Assembly: GCF_001194135.2 (NCBI RefSeq)
Contig: NC_068981.1
Location: 128,993,236-129,057,235, forward strand
Direction of reading: 5' to 3'
DNA from: Octopus bimaculoides
Taxonomy: Eukaryota
Length of the DNA: 64,000 nucleotides
Part shown: piece by piece, positions 27,240 through 40,038 of the stretch
Numbering within the stretch: position 1 is the first letter of the stretch
Layout: the number at the start of each line of letters is the position of its first letter
Translations under genes and position numbers: made by a program
The notes under the pieces: model-generated
What the model was told of the DNA's origin: nothing
Seen by the model: only the letters and a program-made list of their open reading frames with translations
Databases searched by the model: none

Positions 27240-28240
27240 ACCACAATACCCTCTGGGAAAAGTTCAAACATCAAAGAAAGCTCTACATAATATTTCACAA
27301 CTACACATATACTATTTGCATTTTTTATGTTAAAACACTAGACGATGTCACTTTAAAACAGGCCCTAAATAGATGATTTGTATGCACTCTTTTGAAAATT
27401 TGTTACCATTTGCTGATCCATGGGCTGTAGGGAAAGAGTAATTCTGGAAGACAGGAAATGAACTTTGATAAAATCAAATCCCTGTGACATTTAATCTGTG
27501 AAACTAGCAGGGTGTGCTGAAGTATTGTCTATATCAAGAAGAACCTTAATTGGAAGACCCTACTCCTTAAGATAGTCCTGTGGGAGCAAACATGTTAGTG
27601 AACCATGCAATAAATAAGTTCTTGGGAACCCAGACATTTGAATTACCCACTGTACACAAAACTTGTTTGCGTTGATGTTCTTGAAGACACTGAGAGTCTC
27701 TGAATTATACACTAGGCATAGCGTCACCTTCAAATCCCTTGAGGTATTGGTACAGAAAAGTAAGGTTAGTATGTATGCAGACAACCTAGTCTTTTCCTGT
27801 GTGATTTAAGTTCTCTTGTTGCAATTAACAGATTTGCCATACTTCACAGCACTGTGAGTACCAGAACTCTTTCAACAAGATTTGAACCAACATTTGCTGG
27901 CTTCCAATTCTACTGGTTATGTCTCATTATCAGTGCAGGTTTTCAGTGTATATCTCTCAAACTGCTTGTAATGAGGCTTAACTTTTTCACAAATGCATAT
28001 TTAACACATTGAAACACCATCTAATTGTTTTTCTTTCATCAAAGTTAGTAAGTGATTGCCCACCTCATCAGTATGCAAGGCACATGTATTATTAAGCTTG
28101 CAACTGATAACTAATAATTTTGAATATTTTTTTCTCTCAAAACAGTACTGATTGCAGATTTGGCCAGGCTATGTTCTGGACTAAGATAATTTAAATTGAC
28201 ACCATCTCCTTTCTTAGAAATAATTCCTTTCTTAGAAATA
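27240..28240 (-). mobile_element. Tigger/pogo-family transposase fossil
   Basis: Across stops and frameshifts: SLAKSAISTVLREK (HTH), LLTLMKEKQLDG..ICICEK and EASKCWF (CENP-B-type HTH), TLLFCTNTSRDLKV, VLLDIDNTSAHP and LQPMDQQ (DDE motifs). Confidence 0.85.
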
Positions 28241-28500
28241 ATTCCTTTCTTTATTTCTGCTCTAATCTTGCAGGGTTTTTTTTTCTTTTGTGTGGAGAAC
28301 AAATCACAACACTGATTTTCATTTTTTTTTTTAAGAAATTTGTTTTTTTCATATTTTTAATGACAAAAAAAAAATCTAAGCTCTTCTTTGCTTTGAAAAT
28401 AATTCTGCCTTTGAAGAAATAACAGACTGCACATTTAGGTGAACACAAGTATTAGACTAGTTTGTTTTGATGTGGAGAGATGGATTCATTTACTTTAGAG

Positions 28501-30263
28501 CAAAGGTTCTCAACCCATTTTGGCCAAAGGCCCCCTTTTGACCCTTGGAGTCAGAAATATTTTTAGTTTTCAATATGCTACTTATTTTGATAGCAGCAGA
28601 TAATGATTAAAAAATAAAGGACATCGTTTTACATATGCACTTGTATTCAGTCGGGAGTATAGATGTACAAATTGAAATGCAAAAAAAAATGAAATAACAA
28701 ATTGAAAGTTTGGTAATGGCGTTTATTTCCACCAAACAACACTTATGAGATCAACATGCTGTCTATCGAAAAAGTGCTCTTTGGTACAAGTAAATGCCAA
28801 TGAAATTATTTCAAACCTTTCCAATTTCCCTTATCAAAACAGCTAGAACTTGTGCAACAATCTGACACATAAATTATTGTCACCTGGGAAGAGGATTTTT
28901 TATGCTCAAGAAAGAGAGTGTGTTTAATAGAAATTGTTGAAATACATATGTACTTCATATAAGTAGCAAATTGTGGAGGATGGTAATCACTGTATTTGGA
29001 TCTAGTTAGTTTGAGTCACAAAATCAGCCCTCTTCTAAAATGACGTAAAAAAAATTTGAAAATTTGTCATATTAAACATTCATTTCTTATTCAGGATCTA
29101 GTTTGTTTCATTCACAAAATCTGCATTATTTAAAAGGAAGTAAAAAATCTGGAAATTGGTTATCTTGATGCAGTTTTCCATGCTTATTCCTATGAAGCCA
29201 TGAACTTCTGGCAAAAAAATTTGACACACACAAAATTTTTGTTTTTGATTCATGGTTTTAAAAGTACTTCAAAATCAAAATTGCATAAATATGTGTGCCA
29301 GAAACAGTATATAAAAATTAAAGAAATAGATTTTTGGGAGATGTCATGTTATGACTGACTTTTATTCTATTATTCTAATATCTTCTGAAACTTATACATA
29401 TACATATACATACAGAAACATACAAATATATATACACACACATACATTTTTATAGAGTTAGTTTTATATAAGGCCTTTGGGGCATAATTGTGTAGATATG
29501 CCGAAATATTTATATATATATATATATATAAATATTTCGGCATATCTACACAATTATGCCCCAAAGATTTGCTTCTTCATAACTTTGAGAAAATCAAATA
29601 TTTCTTTTCTACAAATATGCTTCAGATCACATAGATTCCAATTAAATTGGAATTCATTGTGAAAACAGTTTGTCCCTAAAGGAGTTTTAAAAAATTCACA
29701 CCATTAAGCTTTGTTGTATATATATATATGTGTGTGTGTGTGTGTATACGTGGGTGTATACGTATCGTTTTAATTATATCTTTATACATGTTATACATGC
29801 ACATACACATAAAAAACTGTCACACCATCGGTTACGATGACCACAAGTATCCAAAACTTCTTCATCACTCTTCCAACCTCGTTTTTCCTCTTAAAAAGAA
29901 GGCTTTTGTCTACTATATGTCGTACCACTGCATGGCTGTCTGTCTGCTAATATTGCTGATGGACATGCAGCATGTCACTGGCATTTCACATATAAAGTTC
30001 AGGATTATGTGAAAAAGTGTGAAGACTGTTAAATTCTTCCATAAAAGTATTGAAAAAATTATTTGGAAATTATAAAGAGAAACGAATAGTAGATTTGGAC
30101 TGTCCATATTTTAAATCCATGAATTAAAAAAAAATGTGGGGAAGATTTTTTTTTGTTGTTGTTGCATAATCATATCAATTTCATAATGCAGAAGACAGAA
30201 TCGAAAAAATTTGTAAAAATTCGTAGAAGTACAAAAGTTATGCTTACATCATAACTCCACCCA

Positions 30264-30310
<47 letters not shown>

Positions 30311-31396
30311 CTGTGTGTTTGTTAGTGTCTGTTTTTCCTTTAGTTTTTGTTTACAAATCAACAAATGAGCCAATGAGGTATTCTCTGTGTGGTTGTTTAA
30401 TTTGCTAGAAATAACAGCCAAATCTCCCTCATACTATGCTATTGTTAGCATTAAGGAAAGGGAAAATGTTTACTCCTCTCCATCATTCCGATTATAATTA
30501 ATATTTTTGATTTTATTTGGCTCTATGATTTAAAATTTTTTTAATGTTTCTGTCCATTGCTTGATACAGGAAATTGGAAAATCCTGACCAAAACAGAGAA
30601 ATTCTAACTTGACAAAAAATATAGAAAGAGATAGAAAAGGTTCGGTTCTGTTTTCCAAAGCCAAAAGATGTGTTTTTAGCTGAGGTGTAATTTTATAAAT
30701 AAAACAAATTCAAAATTTAAATTTCAGTATATAAGACTTACCATGTTATCTGGTGTATAGCCACAGTTCAAATGAGTACAAAGCCTAAAACAAATGTGTG
30801 TGGGGGAGGGGGTCTTCAATAGCAATAGGTCAATTTAAGTTCAATTACAGAAAGGAATTCAAAATGGCAACACATGCAATCATATACATACAAACGTACC
30901 CATACATACACACACACAAATACATATCTATCATCCACTCCCAAAAGCCAGTTTGATCCAAAACTCTGACCACCATTCTTTATATATTTGCATTCAAACA
31001 CACACACACATTCAGCTTTTCGCTTTTATTCATTACTTTTTTCTTTTAATTATCTGTCACTATTCATCCGTTTTTAGTTTTTGTTTTTGTTTTGGGGGTT
31101 TCACTTTAGTGATACCAGTTACACATGGTACCAGGAATTTGCTTGGTGTCATCAAAGTGGAAAAAGTGATTTTTAAGTTTTTTAAAATTTGAAATAAAAA
31201 CGCATGTTTCTTTTTAAACTGACTGTCTCAGAGATGTGAAAATACGGCTACTACTTGTTAATTTGAAATTAAACTTACCAAAGACGAGGGTCTTTCAGCG
31301 CCCTCCCCAAGTCTCTTAACGCCCCCCCCCCTCAATGCCCCTTTGCTCCAAAACGGCCACCTCAAGCTCCAAATGACCCCCCATTTAGAATCTTTG
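28501..31396. mobile_element. hAT (Charlie-like) element with nested repeats
   Basis: Imperfect TIRs CAAAGGTTCTCAAC / ATTTAGAATCTTTG flanked by a perfect 8-bp TSD CTTTAGAG (28493-28500 and 31397-31404). Confidence 0.8.
29475..29566. repeat. Perfect 92-bp palindrome centred on a (TA)n run
   Basis: Base-by-base self-complementary; the ORF track gives the same N-terminal peptide on both strands here. Confidence 0.97.
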
Positions 31397-34157
31397 CTTT
31401 AGAGAATCAAATTCTCCTTGTCATTTCAGTTTTTATGACAGTTTTGTTTACTTTCATTTTGACACATAATGAACAACAGTGTGAACGAAGGGAAATGATT
31501 CAGCATTAAGCTTTTCATGTCTACAGCTGAACACAAGCATATGTAATTTGTGTGGGCGGACCCTAATGATTTTCTTTTTTTTATTGCCTAAGATTTTAAT
31601 TTGGGGAATTTTTATGGAAATTGTTCATTGACATGATTATATTTGTTGCCAAATTAACAGAAAAGTGTTTGTTAGCAAAGGATCCACTGTATATATTTTG
31701 TATATGTTTGCTTTTACAGTTTTTAATCAACTGGGCAGAGACAAATAGTTTATTTACAATAGTTTATAGTAAATAGTTTATTTACCATGTTAAAATGATT
31801 CTCATTCCTTAAAGGCTGTTATTGCAAAAGTTACAATTGATATCAAGCAACCACTTGACTTTTCAGGCAAAGAATTTAATGCTGTTCTTGCTGTTATATC
31901 AGAATTGGACTCAATACTGGAATTAGAAAAACTAGATCAAAAGGATTTAACCTTGATTTCTACAGAAGGCATATTTGTTATAGTCTGCAAGGATTGAATC
32001 AACAAAGTGCTACAGTGTCCCTTTTGCCAAGACAATGTGTCAGGAAAAGAATGAAGCAACAAAGGAATAAAAAAAATCTGATGGCAAATCTATATTCTAT
32101 TCTAATCTTTCAATTTTGGATACGCTTGACTCAGAAAATTAACTGCAAAATATCACAAAGAAACTGCATGGAAGAATGTTTATTATTTCGTCAGAAGAAT
32201 CCCAATGTTCCATTCTGAATCCAAATGCATGGTAATTGAAATGCCAACTTCATAAAAAAAAATTAACAAAAATGTTAAAACAATCAAGAGAACATTCAAC
32301 CATCTTATAATCAAAATAACATTGTCTGAGAGATGAAAATGCTTGAAGTCATTATACTTGTAGAAACTGTTCCTTACTTTCAGTACCATTCCCCTAATTT
32401 CCATCAAATCAGAGTGTTTTTTTTCTGTGGTAGATCTCTGCTACAAAATGGTACAACATCTCAACAATATATGCCTCCAACGACAATAATGTCAACCTAA
32501 TTGAAACACTTTTGAGAATTCAGGAAAATTTTAATCTTTTTTTTTTTTCATAACTTGTTAAAAATTTTTTAAAGTATACTCTTTAATAAACAAATTAAAG
32601 TTTATGTTTCAGAGGTTAAAAATGATATTTGGANNNNNNNNNNGTATACTCTTTAATAAACAAAATAAAGTTTATGTTTCAGAGGTTAAAAATGATATTT
32701 GGATTTATTACTGAAAAATTCAGAGGAACAAACCCTCCACTTTTTTTAGTTTTGTTTTATATTACTCAATTTCTGGGAAATGGTGAGTTTCAGGAAATTA
32801 AGAAGCCCCACTGCTATTTCTATCAGGTTGAGCAACCATTTAGAAGCTCACTTTTAACTTTTTACTGTTGTTGCTGATTGACCAAAATTATGTTCATATC
32901 ACTAGACTTTGGCAGGATTATAATTCTTGAGGTAGGATATCTTAGTGTGATGAATCTGTTTCAAGTAGGGTTTGGTTAAAGTCATAAATCCCTGACACAT
33001 TTCACTAATGACAATGCCAAAATTGCCACTGTCATTACTGCTACTAGCAATACTGTCATAACACTATAATTACCACCATTAATATCTCTATCATCATAAT
33101 CACTACCATCATTATCTCTAACACCACCAACACTAGCACAAGTGTCACCATTATCCTCATCGCCACCACCACTTCCTCATGTGCATGCACACACACACAC
33201 ACACACACATGCTGAGATGCACACCATCAACAATAAGTATAGAGAAATACTTATTGTACTCTGACAGAGTTCAGTTTACCCACACATTGTGTATTAAGCA
33301 CCACAAACTATGGACGTGTAAAAATAGACTGGACAGCAGAGTGAATGTAAAATACCCAGACTATCATGGTGCATCCCATATAATCATCATTACATGCTGG
33401 ACTAAGTAGAGACATGGTATAACTGAAAAAATGGATCTGTGGATTACATCATGTCATTTGAAAGGCTCCTTGCTTGCTATAGAACTGCTTGATCAGGACT
33501 GAAACCTGAAGATACACAACGACAACAATCAATTGGTAATGAGCTGACAGACTTGTCAGAATGTCAGAAAAATGCTCTGCACTGTTTGTCCTGGCTCTTT
33601 ACATTCTGAGTTCAAACCTTACTAAGGTCAATTTTGTCTTTCATCCCACCCAGGCTTGATAAAATAAAGAACCAGTCAAGTACTAGATTCAATGACTTAT
33701 CTTCTTACCTCAAAATTGCTGGTACCAGGATAATTCTTATAAACTGGCCACTTTTCTGCTTTGATATTAAGCTCCAACTAACAGCCTTAGTATCAAGCAG
33801 TCTCCTCTTTGCCTTTCCTATTCATTTTGATTATTCTAATCATTGACTGCCTTTTGTAATATTTTAACTGTTCCTGATAAGCAAACTTTTTGCAATAGCT
33901 CTATCTCACAATCTACTTTAACTCTCTTTATCAATTATGCAATGTTGTCTTTCACTGTCTCTAATGTTCCTATGATTACTGATATGATTACCTTCTTCAT
34001 TTTCCAAATCCTTATGATTTGATGTTTGAATCTGTTAATTTGTTACTAGCATTTAACTTTTGTTTCAATGTTCTCCTTACCTTTCTTTTGTATTGTTTTA
34101 TAATCCCATCTTTTACTTTTGTCTTTTTTTATTCTGTCTGCCACAAGCACATCCAGA

Positions 34158-34494
34158 CAGTGGCAGACTGGGTCTAAAAATATTGGTTGCCAGGAGACTA
34201 AGGGGACCCACCTGCAACTACAAGGGGGGCCCACCTGCAACTACAAGGGAGACCACCCACAACTACAATGCTATTATTCAATTTTTTTTTTTTTGTTAAA
34301 CGTATTCTTTTCAATTGTCAACAAACACAGCCAGGCTGAAATAATTAATGCATTCTTCCAGGAGTGAATAAAAATTCTCAAACTTGAGGGGATGGGCCCC
34401 TTAGATACCAACATGGGCCCCCATATATAGATTCTAATGGTGCAGGAGGCCACTTGCCATCAGGCAAGCTGGCAACCTGGCCAGTCCACCACTG
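34158..34494. mobile_element. hAT-type MITE, 337 bp
   Basis: TIRs CAGTGGCAGACTGG / CCAGTCCACCACTG, perfect 8-bp TSD CATCCAGA (34150-34157 and 34495-34502), three internal copies of a cccacctgcaactacaa-like motif. Confidence 0.88.
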
Positions 34495-35019
34495 CATCCA
34501 GATATATATATATCCTGCATTCTCTTTTAATTACTTAATGCTTTAATTTGCATACCTTCACATTGGGTCAATTTTCCTGCCAACTATTCCAACAACTTCA
34601 AACCATTCATTTAAAGTAGATAATTCAGCTTTCTTTTGCCTCTCCCCAGATCATAGGCTGTCTTTACCTTTTGTAATATACTAGTGAATGGAAGGTGGTG
34701 AGCTGGCAAAAACATTAGCATGCCGAGTGAAATGCTTTGTGGTATTTCGTCTGTCTTTACGTTCTGAGTTCAAATTCTGCCAAGGTTGACTTTGCCTTTC
34801 ATCCTTTGATGGTTGATAAGTTAAATACCAGTTGTGTACTGGGGTTGATCTAACTGACTGGCCTCCTCCCCCAAAATTTCGGGCCTTGTGCCTAGAGTAG
34901 AAAAGAATATACAAGCGAATAGTATGAGAGCTATACCAAATAAAAGTGATGATACACCCTTTCCCTGAAATATTTTCCATTTTATGTTAACTTTTCCCAA
35001 TTATGTGTCCCACCTACTA

Positions 35020-36780
35020 GCTTGGTGTTACATTGTCTCATGCAACCACAGATTAATGCTTTGATGTTATCTATCACCCCATAGATAGCCATGGTTTTTC
35101 TGTTCCACCTATGTGGTACCATGTTGTGTGCCCTCTTGTAATCTATTCAGGCCACCCTCAAATTTGTTAGTCTTCTCTTACAGTTCTTTATTACCATTTT
35201 GTCACTCAATAGTTGATCATTTGTATTTCTACTTTCCTTTCTTGCATCCTTTTTGGTCCACTGGCAAAATTCCTTTAGCCTCATGATATCCATACAGCTC
35301 TTACATGTAAGAAGCCTCTACATTAAAGAAGGGCAAGTCATCAGCATAAAATTAGGAACTGTTTTCCTTATCAATATCCTTAATACAAAGCCCAGTTCTT
35401 CTATCAGTCATCCAAATTGTCTCAATTCCCTATTCTGTTGTAGTGTTTAATCTGAGCTTCTATCATGTGGAGATGAAAAACCCTTCACTGTCTCTTCCAT
35501 TTTGGCACTTTCATTAACTGCTTCCTCCCATTTACTGTTCCAGTTACTATATTTCCTTGTTTCTCTATGCCTTCTTAACCACATTGCATTACATATGTTG
35601 AACTGGCTGATCTCAAATTCTAGCATTGTACCTTTCCAATTTTGCATTAACTAGCAGTACACTTTGTCTCAGCTCTTCATGCACTATGTCAAAGCCTCTT
35701 CATACAATTTTGTAGTGTTTTTTTCCAAACTTTCCATAAGCTCTTCACTCAGTTTCAATCTGTGAAACTTACCCAAGTCTACACTTTGTTCAACTTAAAA
35801 TAAATACTCTTTTTTCCATTGTGGTTCCTTATTATTTTTATTATTTCTTTCCTTAAACCTTACTGCTTCTCCTACTCTACTACATTTGTTACAGCAAGTA
35901 TCAGATATACTGTTTGTTTCAGTTATACTGTTTATCGAATCATAATTAATATGCCATTTATTTTTTGTGTTTCTAGTCTAACTTTTGTGACAGACCGGCG
36001 TCCTGTCCAAGTGGGGAACCTACATGCCCTGGGAAACTGGCCCTTATGAGTTAGGCATGGCTCATGAAGGAACAATCAATCAATAAGTCTGACTTTATTC
36101 TTGTCTATATAACTTAAGTTCAGTGAGATTTTCTCAGAAATTTGTGTTTTTTCTAGAACTTTTGTCAAAACAATGTTTTTTGGGGTTTTTTCCCCTTAAT
36201 TCTACTTCTTGTTCACCCCTAGTTATTGTATTTTCATTTATTATTTTAATCAATTTTTATTTTTCTGTGACTATTTCATCAAATTCTGTGACTTTATCAG
36301 TCTCTTTGCAAACTTCTTCCTTTTCTGGTTCATTTTTACTTTTCCTTCTGACCTCAATTTCAATTTCAGTTAGTCATTCATTAGTTTTAATTGCTCTAGC
36401 CTGGTCAACTGACCTTTGTTCAATGACCTTAAAAAGACATCTTTCCTTCAATGTTTGCATCATCTTTTGTCTGTAACCTCTCCTAGTTGGTTCAGTTCTT
36501 ATAAAACACTCCATGACAATTTTATTGACTTCCTTTTCCTTCTATGTTCATTCTGACCATTAGTTTGATGATGAACTGCAGGAACTTGTTCAGCCTCTCC
36601 ACACCTGCAGGATGAGGGATTTTCACTGTCATTGGTTCTAGCCCCATGTACATCATTATTAGTTTCAATTGTATTTATTCATAATTTTGAGTATTTTGGT
36701 CTGATAGTGTTTTCATCATTAATGTTTTCATCAAGACACCATCTCTAAGAAAATGGTTTACCAAGACTCAAGAGCACATC
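35020..36780 (-). mobile_element. Old decayed R4/Dong-clade non-LTR retrotransposon (5' region to RT N-terminal part)
   Basis: Minus-strand translation NKIVMECFIRTEPTRRGYRQKM...EQRSVDQARAIK, and ILPVDQKGC.K.SRNTNDQLLSDKMVIKNCKRRLTNLRVA*IDYKRAHNMVPH; many stops; interrupted by a SINE fragment at about 35985-36085. Confidence 0.8.
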
Positions 36781-37005
36781 CTGCCCTTTTTTATTATTAT
36801 TTCTGCCAAGGTTGACTTTGCCTTTCATCCTTTTGAGGTCAATAAATTAAGTATTTTATGCTCAGAGTTCAAATCCCTCCAAGGTTGTGTTTACCTTCCA
36901 TCTTTTTGAATATTGGTGTTGATGTAATCAACTGGCCCCTCCTACCAAATTACAGGCCTTGTGACTAAAGTGGAAAAGATGATCATTATTATTATTATTA
37001 TTATT

Positions 37006-38317
37006 CAGTAGTTTTATTTTTATAACGTGCTTTCACTTCACTACCGAGCGCAGCTCTGTGCGCCTTGGGTATGTGCTGTGGTTTGCTGTGGTGCTCTTAT
37101 GTTTACTGTATTGAAAGTGTTTTGCGTAGAATGTGTGCAGTACCCAGTAGTGCAATTTTCTGTATGTTATATATATTTGTAAGTCCTGGTGTTTTTGTTA
37201 TGTATTTGTCTGAATATTTTTTTATTATACCTAAGGCACCTACTATGATAGGAATTGTTTCTGTTTTTAGATTCCACATTCGAGTTATCTCTATTTCCAG
37301 GTCTTTGTATTTTGAAAGTTTTTCCATTTCTTTTAGAGAAANNNNNNNNNNNNNNNNNNNNNNNNNNNNNNNNNNNNNNNNNNNNNNNNNNNNNNNNNNN
37401 NNNNNNNNNNNNNNNNNNNNNNNNNNNNNNNNNNNNNNNNNNNNNNNNNNNNNNNNNNNNNNNNNNNNNNNNNNNNNNNNNNNNNNNNNNNNNNNNNNNN
37501 NNNNNNNNNNNNNNNNNNNNNNNNNNNNNNNNNNNNNNNNNNNNNNNNNNNNNNNNNNNNNNNNNNNNNNNNNNNNNNNNNNNNNNNNNNNNNNNNNNNN
37601 NNNNNNNNNNNNNNNNNNNNNNNNNNNNNNNNNNNNNNNNNNNNNNNNNNNNNNNNNNNNNNNNNNNNNNNNNNNNNNNNNNNNNNNNNNNNNNNNNNNN
37701 NNNNNNNNNNNNNNNNNNNNNNNNNNNNNNNNNNNNNNNNNNNNNNNNNNNNNNNNNNNNNNNNNNNNNNNNNNNNNNNNNNNNNNNNNNNNNNNNNNNN
37801 NNNNNNNNNNNNNNNNNNNNNNNNNNNNNNNNNNNNNNNNNNNNNNNNNNNNNNNNNNNNNNNNNNNNNNNNNNNNNNNNNNNNNNNNNNNNNNNNNNNN
37901 NNNNNNNNNNNNNNNNNNNNNNNNNNNNNNNNNNNNNNNNNNNNNNNNNNNNNNNNNNNNNNNNNNNNNNNNNNNNNNNNNNNNNNNNNNNNNNNNNNNN
38001 NNNNNNNNNNNNNNNNNNNNNNNNNNNNNNNNNNNNNNNNNNNNGTTTTGCTCGTGTTTTGTGGCTATTTGTATTAGTTTCCCTTGCTTCTGGAGTAGGT
38101 ATTTTTGCAGTCCTATGGTGGTTATTTTATAATAGTTTTCTAGCTGTATAAGACCCCTGCCACCTTCTGTGCGTTGTATATATAGCCTTTCTATGTCAGA
38201 TTTTGGGTGGTGCATCCTATATCCTGTCATTATTTTTCTTGTTTTCCTGTCTATTTTACATAGTTCGTTTAGTGTCCAGTTAAGGATGTTGTAGCTGTAG
38301 CTTATAACTGGGACAGC
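37006..38317 (-). mobile_element. Young 5'-truncated R4/Dong-clade retrotransposon (RT C-terminus to RLE endonuclease plus 3' UTR)
   Basis: AVPVISYS...IDRKTRKIMT...HPKSDIERLYIQRTEGGRGL and KLSKYKDLEIEITRMW...PIIVGALG; no stops in the sequenced parts; flanked by (ATT)n at 36985-37005 and 38318-38374; 703 N internal gap. Confidence 0.9.
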
Positions 38318-38354
<37 letters not shown>

Positions 38355-39119
38355 CATTATTATTATTATTATTATATATCAATGTGCATATCTATTCAAT
38401 TACAAATATATTCTTATATTTTTAATATCTGTATGCAGTAAAACCTTTTAAAGAAACTAGTGTGATGACAGAAAATAAACAAAATATTTTACCATGCTAG
38501 TTTTTAATGTAAATACAATGGATAATTAATTGGGTTATAAGATCTTATAAATTTTTCTTTTGGATTTTGTTTTCTTATAACTATTTAGTTTTTTTTCCAG
38601 ACTTTCTCCCCTTCCTTTCTTGAAAAATGTCGAAAGATGTAACTATGTTAATACTTGATAAATAACTATATTAAATTAATGAATATTAAGTTGAAATAAC
38701 TTTTGAAATAATGTAAATAAACGAAGAGTTAAAAGGAAGTAGATTATTTCTTTTTAAGAAAAAGAGGAGAAATTTTTGAGAATACTGGTCAGATATATTA
38801 AGCAGATTCCATAAATGGTAATTGAATTTTTTGGCAAATCTAGGCGTGTCTTGTTTTCTAGTTTCAGTTCTCTCTAAAATCTGGTCCTAATATTTCGCTA
38901 CTACAGAGGTCAAATATTGTTTTATAACGAAGTACATTTCAGTTCAATGGACATACTGTTTTATTCCTAATTAAAAATATGCTATTATTTCAGATCAGTA
39001 TCCATAACTATGAAATTATATATATAAATGCGTAAAATAACTAATTCCAGACGATTTATAAGCGTTAACAAAATTGGGCTGATCACCGTTCCATAACAAA
39101 AGACGAACATAACTATTTC

Positions 39120-39336
39120 AACCAATCAACTCACTTCTTGCATGTACTGGTAGGTTAGTGAAAATTTCCCTTAATTTAGGGTTTAAGAAATAAGGTTATT
39201 TTTATTTCCAAAATGTATTCTTTTTCGGAAAGCCAATACCCTTTCCGATAGCTAAGGATCATTTTATTCCAGTGGATTATAAGGCTGATCTACTCCTCAT
39301 TATGATCTAATATAAATTTTGCGAGTTAAGGTAAGT
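39120..39336 (+). promoter_or_regulatory. Candidate promoter and non-coding exon 1 of KLHL20
   Basis: Second CpG-retaining zone (about 38.5-40.6 kb); AACCAATCA at 39120-39128 and consensus donor AAG|GTAAGT at 39330/39331. Confidence 0.55.
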
Positions 39337-39989
39337 TCTCTCCGGTAAAAGCTGAGAGGCTTTTTACACTTTTTTAGTTCGACATCTCGTCATTCCTTTT
39401 TTACTGTTTTATTCTTTGATGATCAAACTGTTAATATTTACTCATAATTATGCTCAAACGAAGACTTGTGAACTTTATTTCTACGCTAACATAAAAGTGT
39501 GAACTTAGCTCTAATTCTATCTTAGTGAAAAACTATACAAAATTGTATGTACCCTCATATATGTTCTAGCCATTAAATTTTTATATTATTCTCATCAAGT
39601 TTCAGAGTTTTATATTGCTATTTACAGGGAAATGCACACTCGTATATGTACACTGTTGAAATGGATGCACTTTCACTCATTGATGTCGTATTTTTTTAAA
39701 ACTATAATGTGTGGTCTTAAGTGGAATAACTTGGCGAAAATTCTAAATCCAAAAGTAATGTGACTACAATCGAGTGGAACTCATTGACTGCACAGTAAGC
39801 AAATTGCTCTTTTCATTAAAATCCTAACTATATGTCTTACACATACACAACATGTTTACCTATGCTATTCAGTAACTTTTTACTTATTTCCTTTATTAAT
39901 AACAATAAAAATATTTCCCCAGTTCCACTCCTATTTTTACGAAATCTCCCCAAACAAGATATTCTAGTCGATTGAAATTTCCTTGATAT

Positions 39990-40038
<49 letters not shown>

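Noticed and set aside
31790-32330. Possible DNA-transposon coding remnant
   Set aside because: Too decayed to assign a family; termini not defined.
32575-32703. Tandem duplication around a 10-N gap (also 51955-52005)
   Set aside because: Typical unmerged contig or haplotype overlap artefact.
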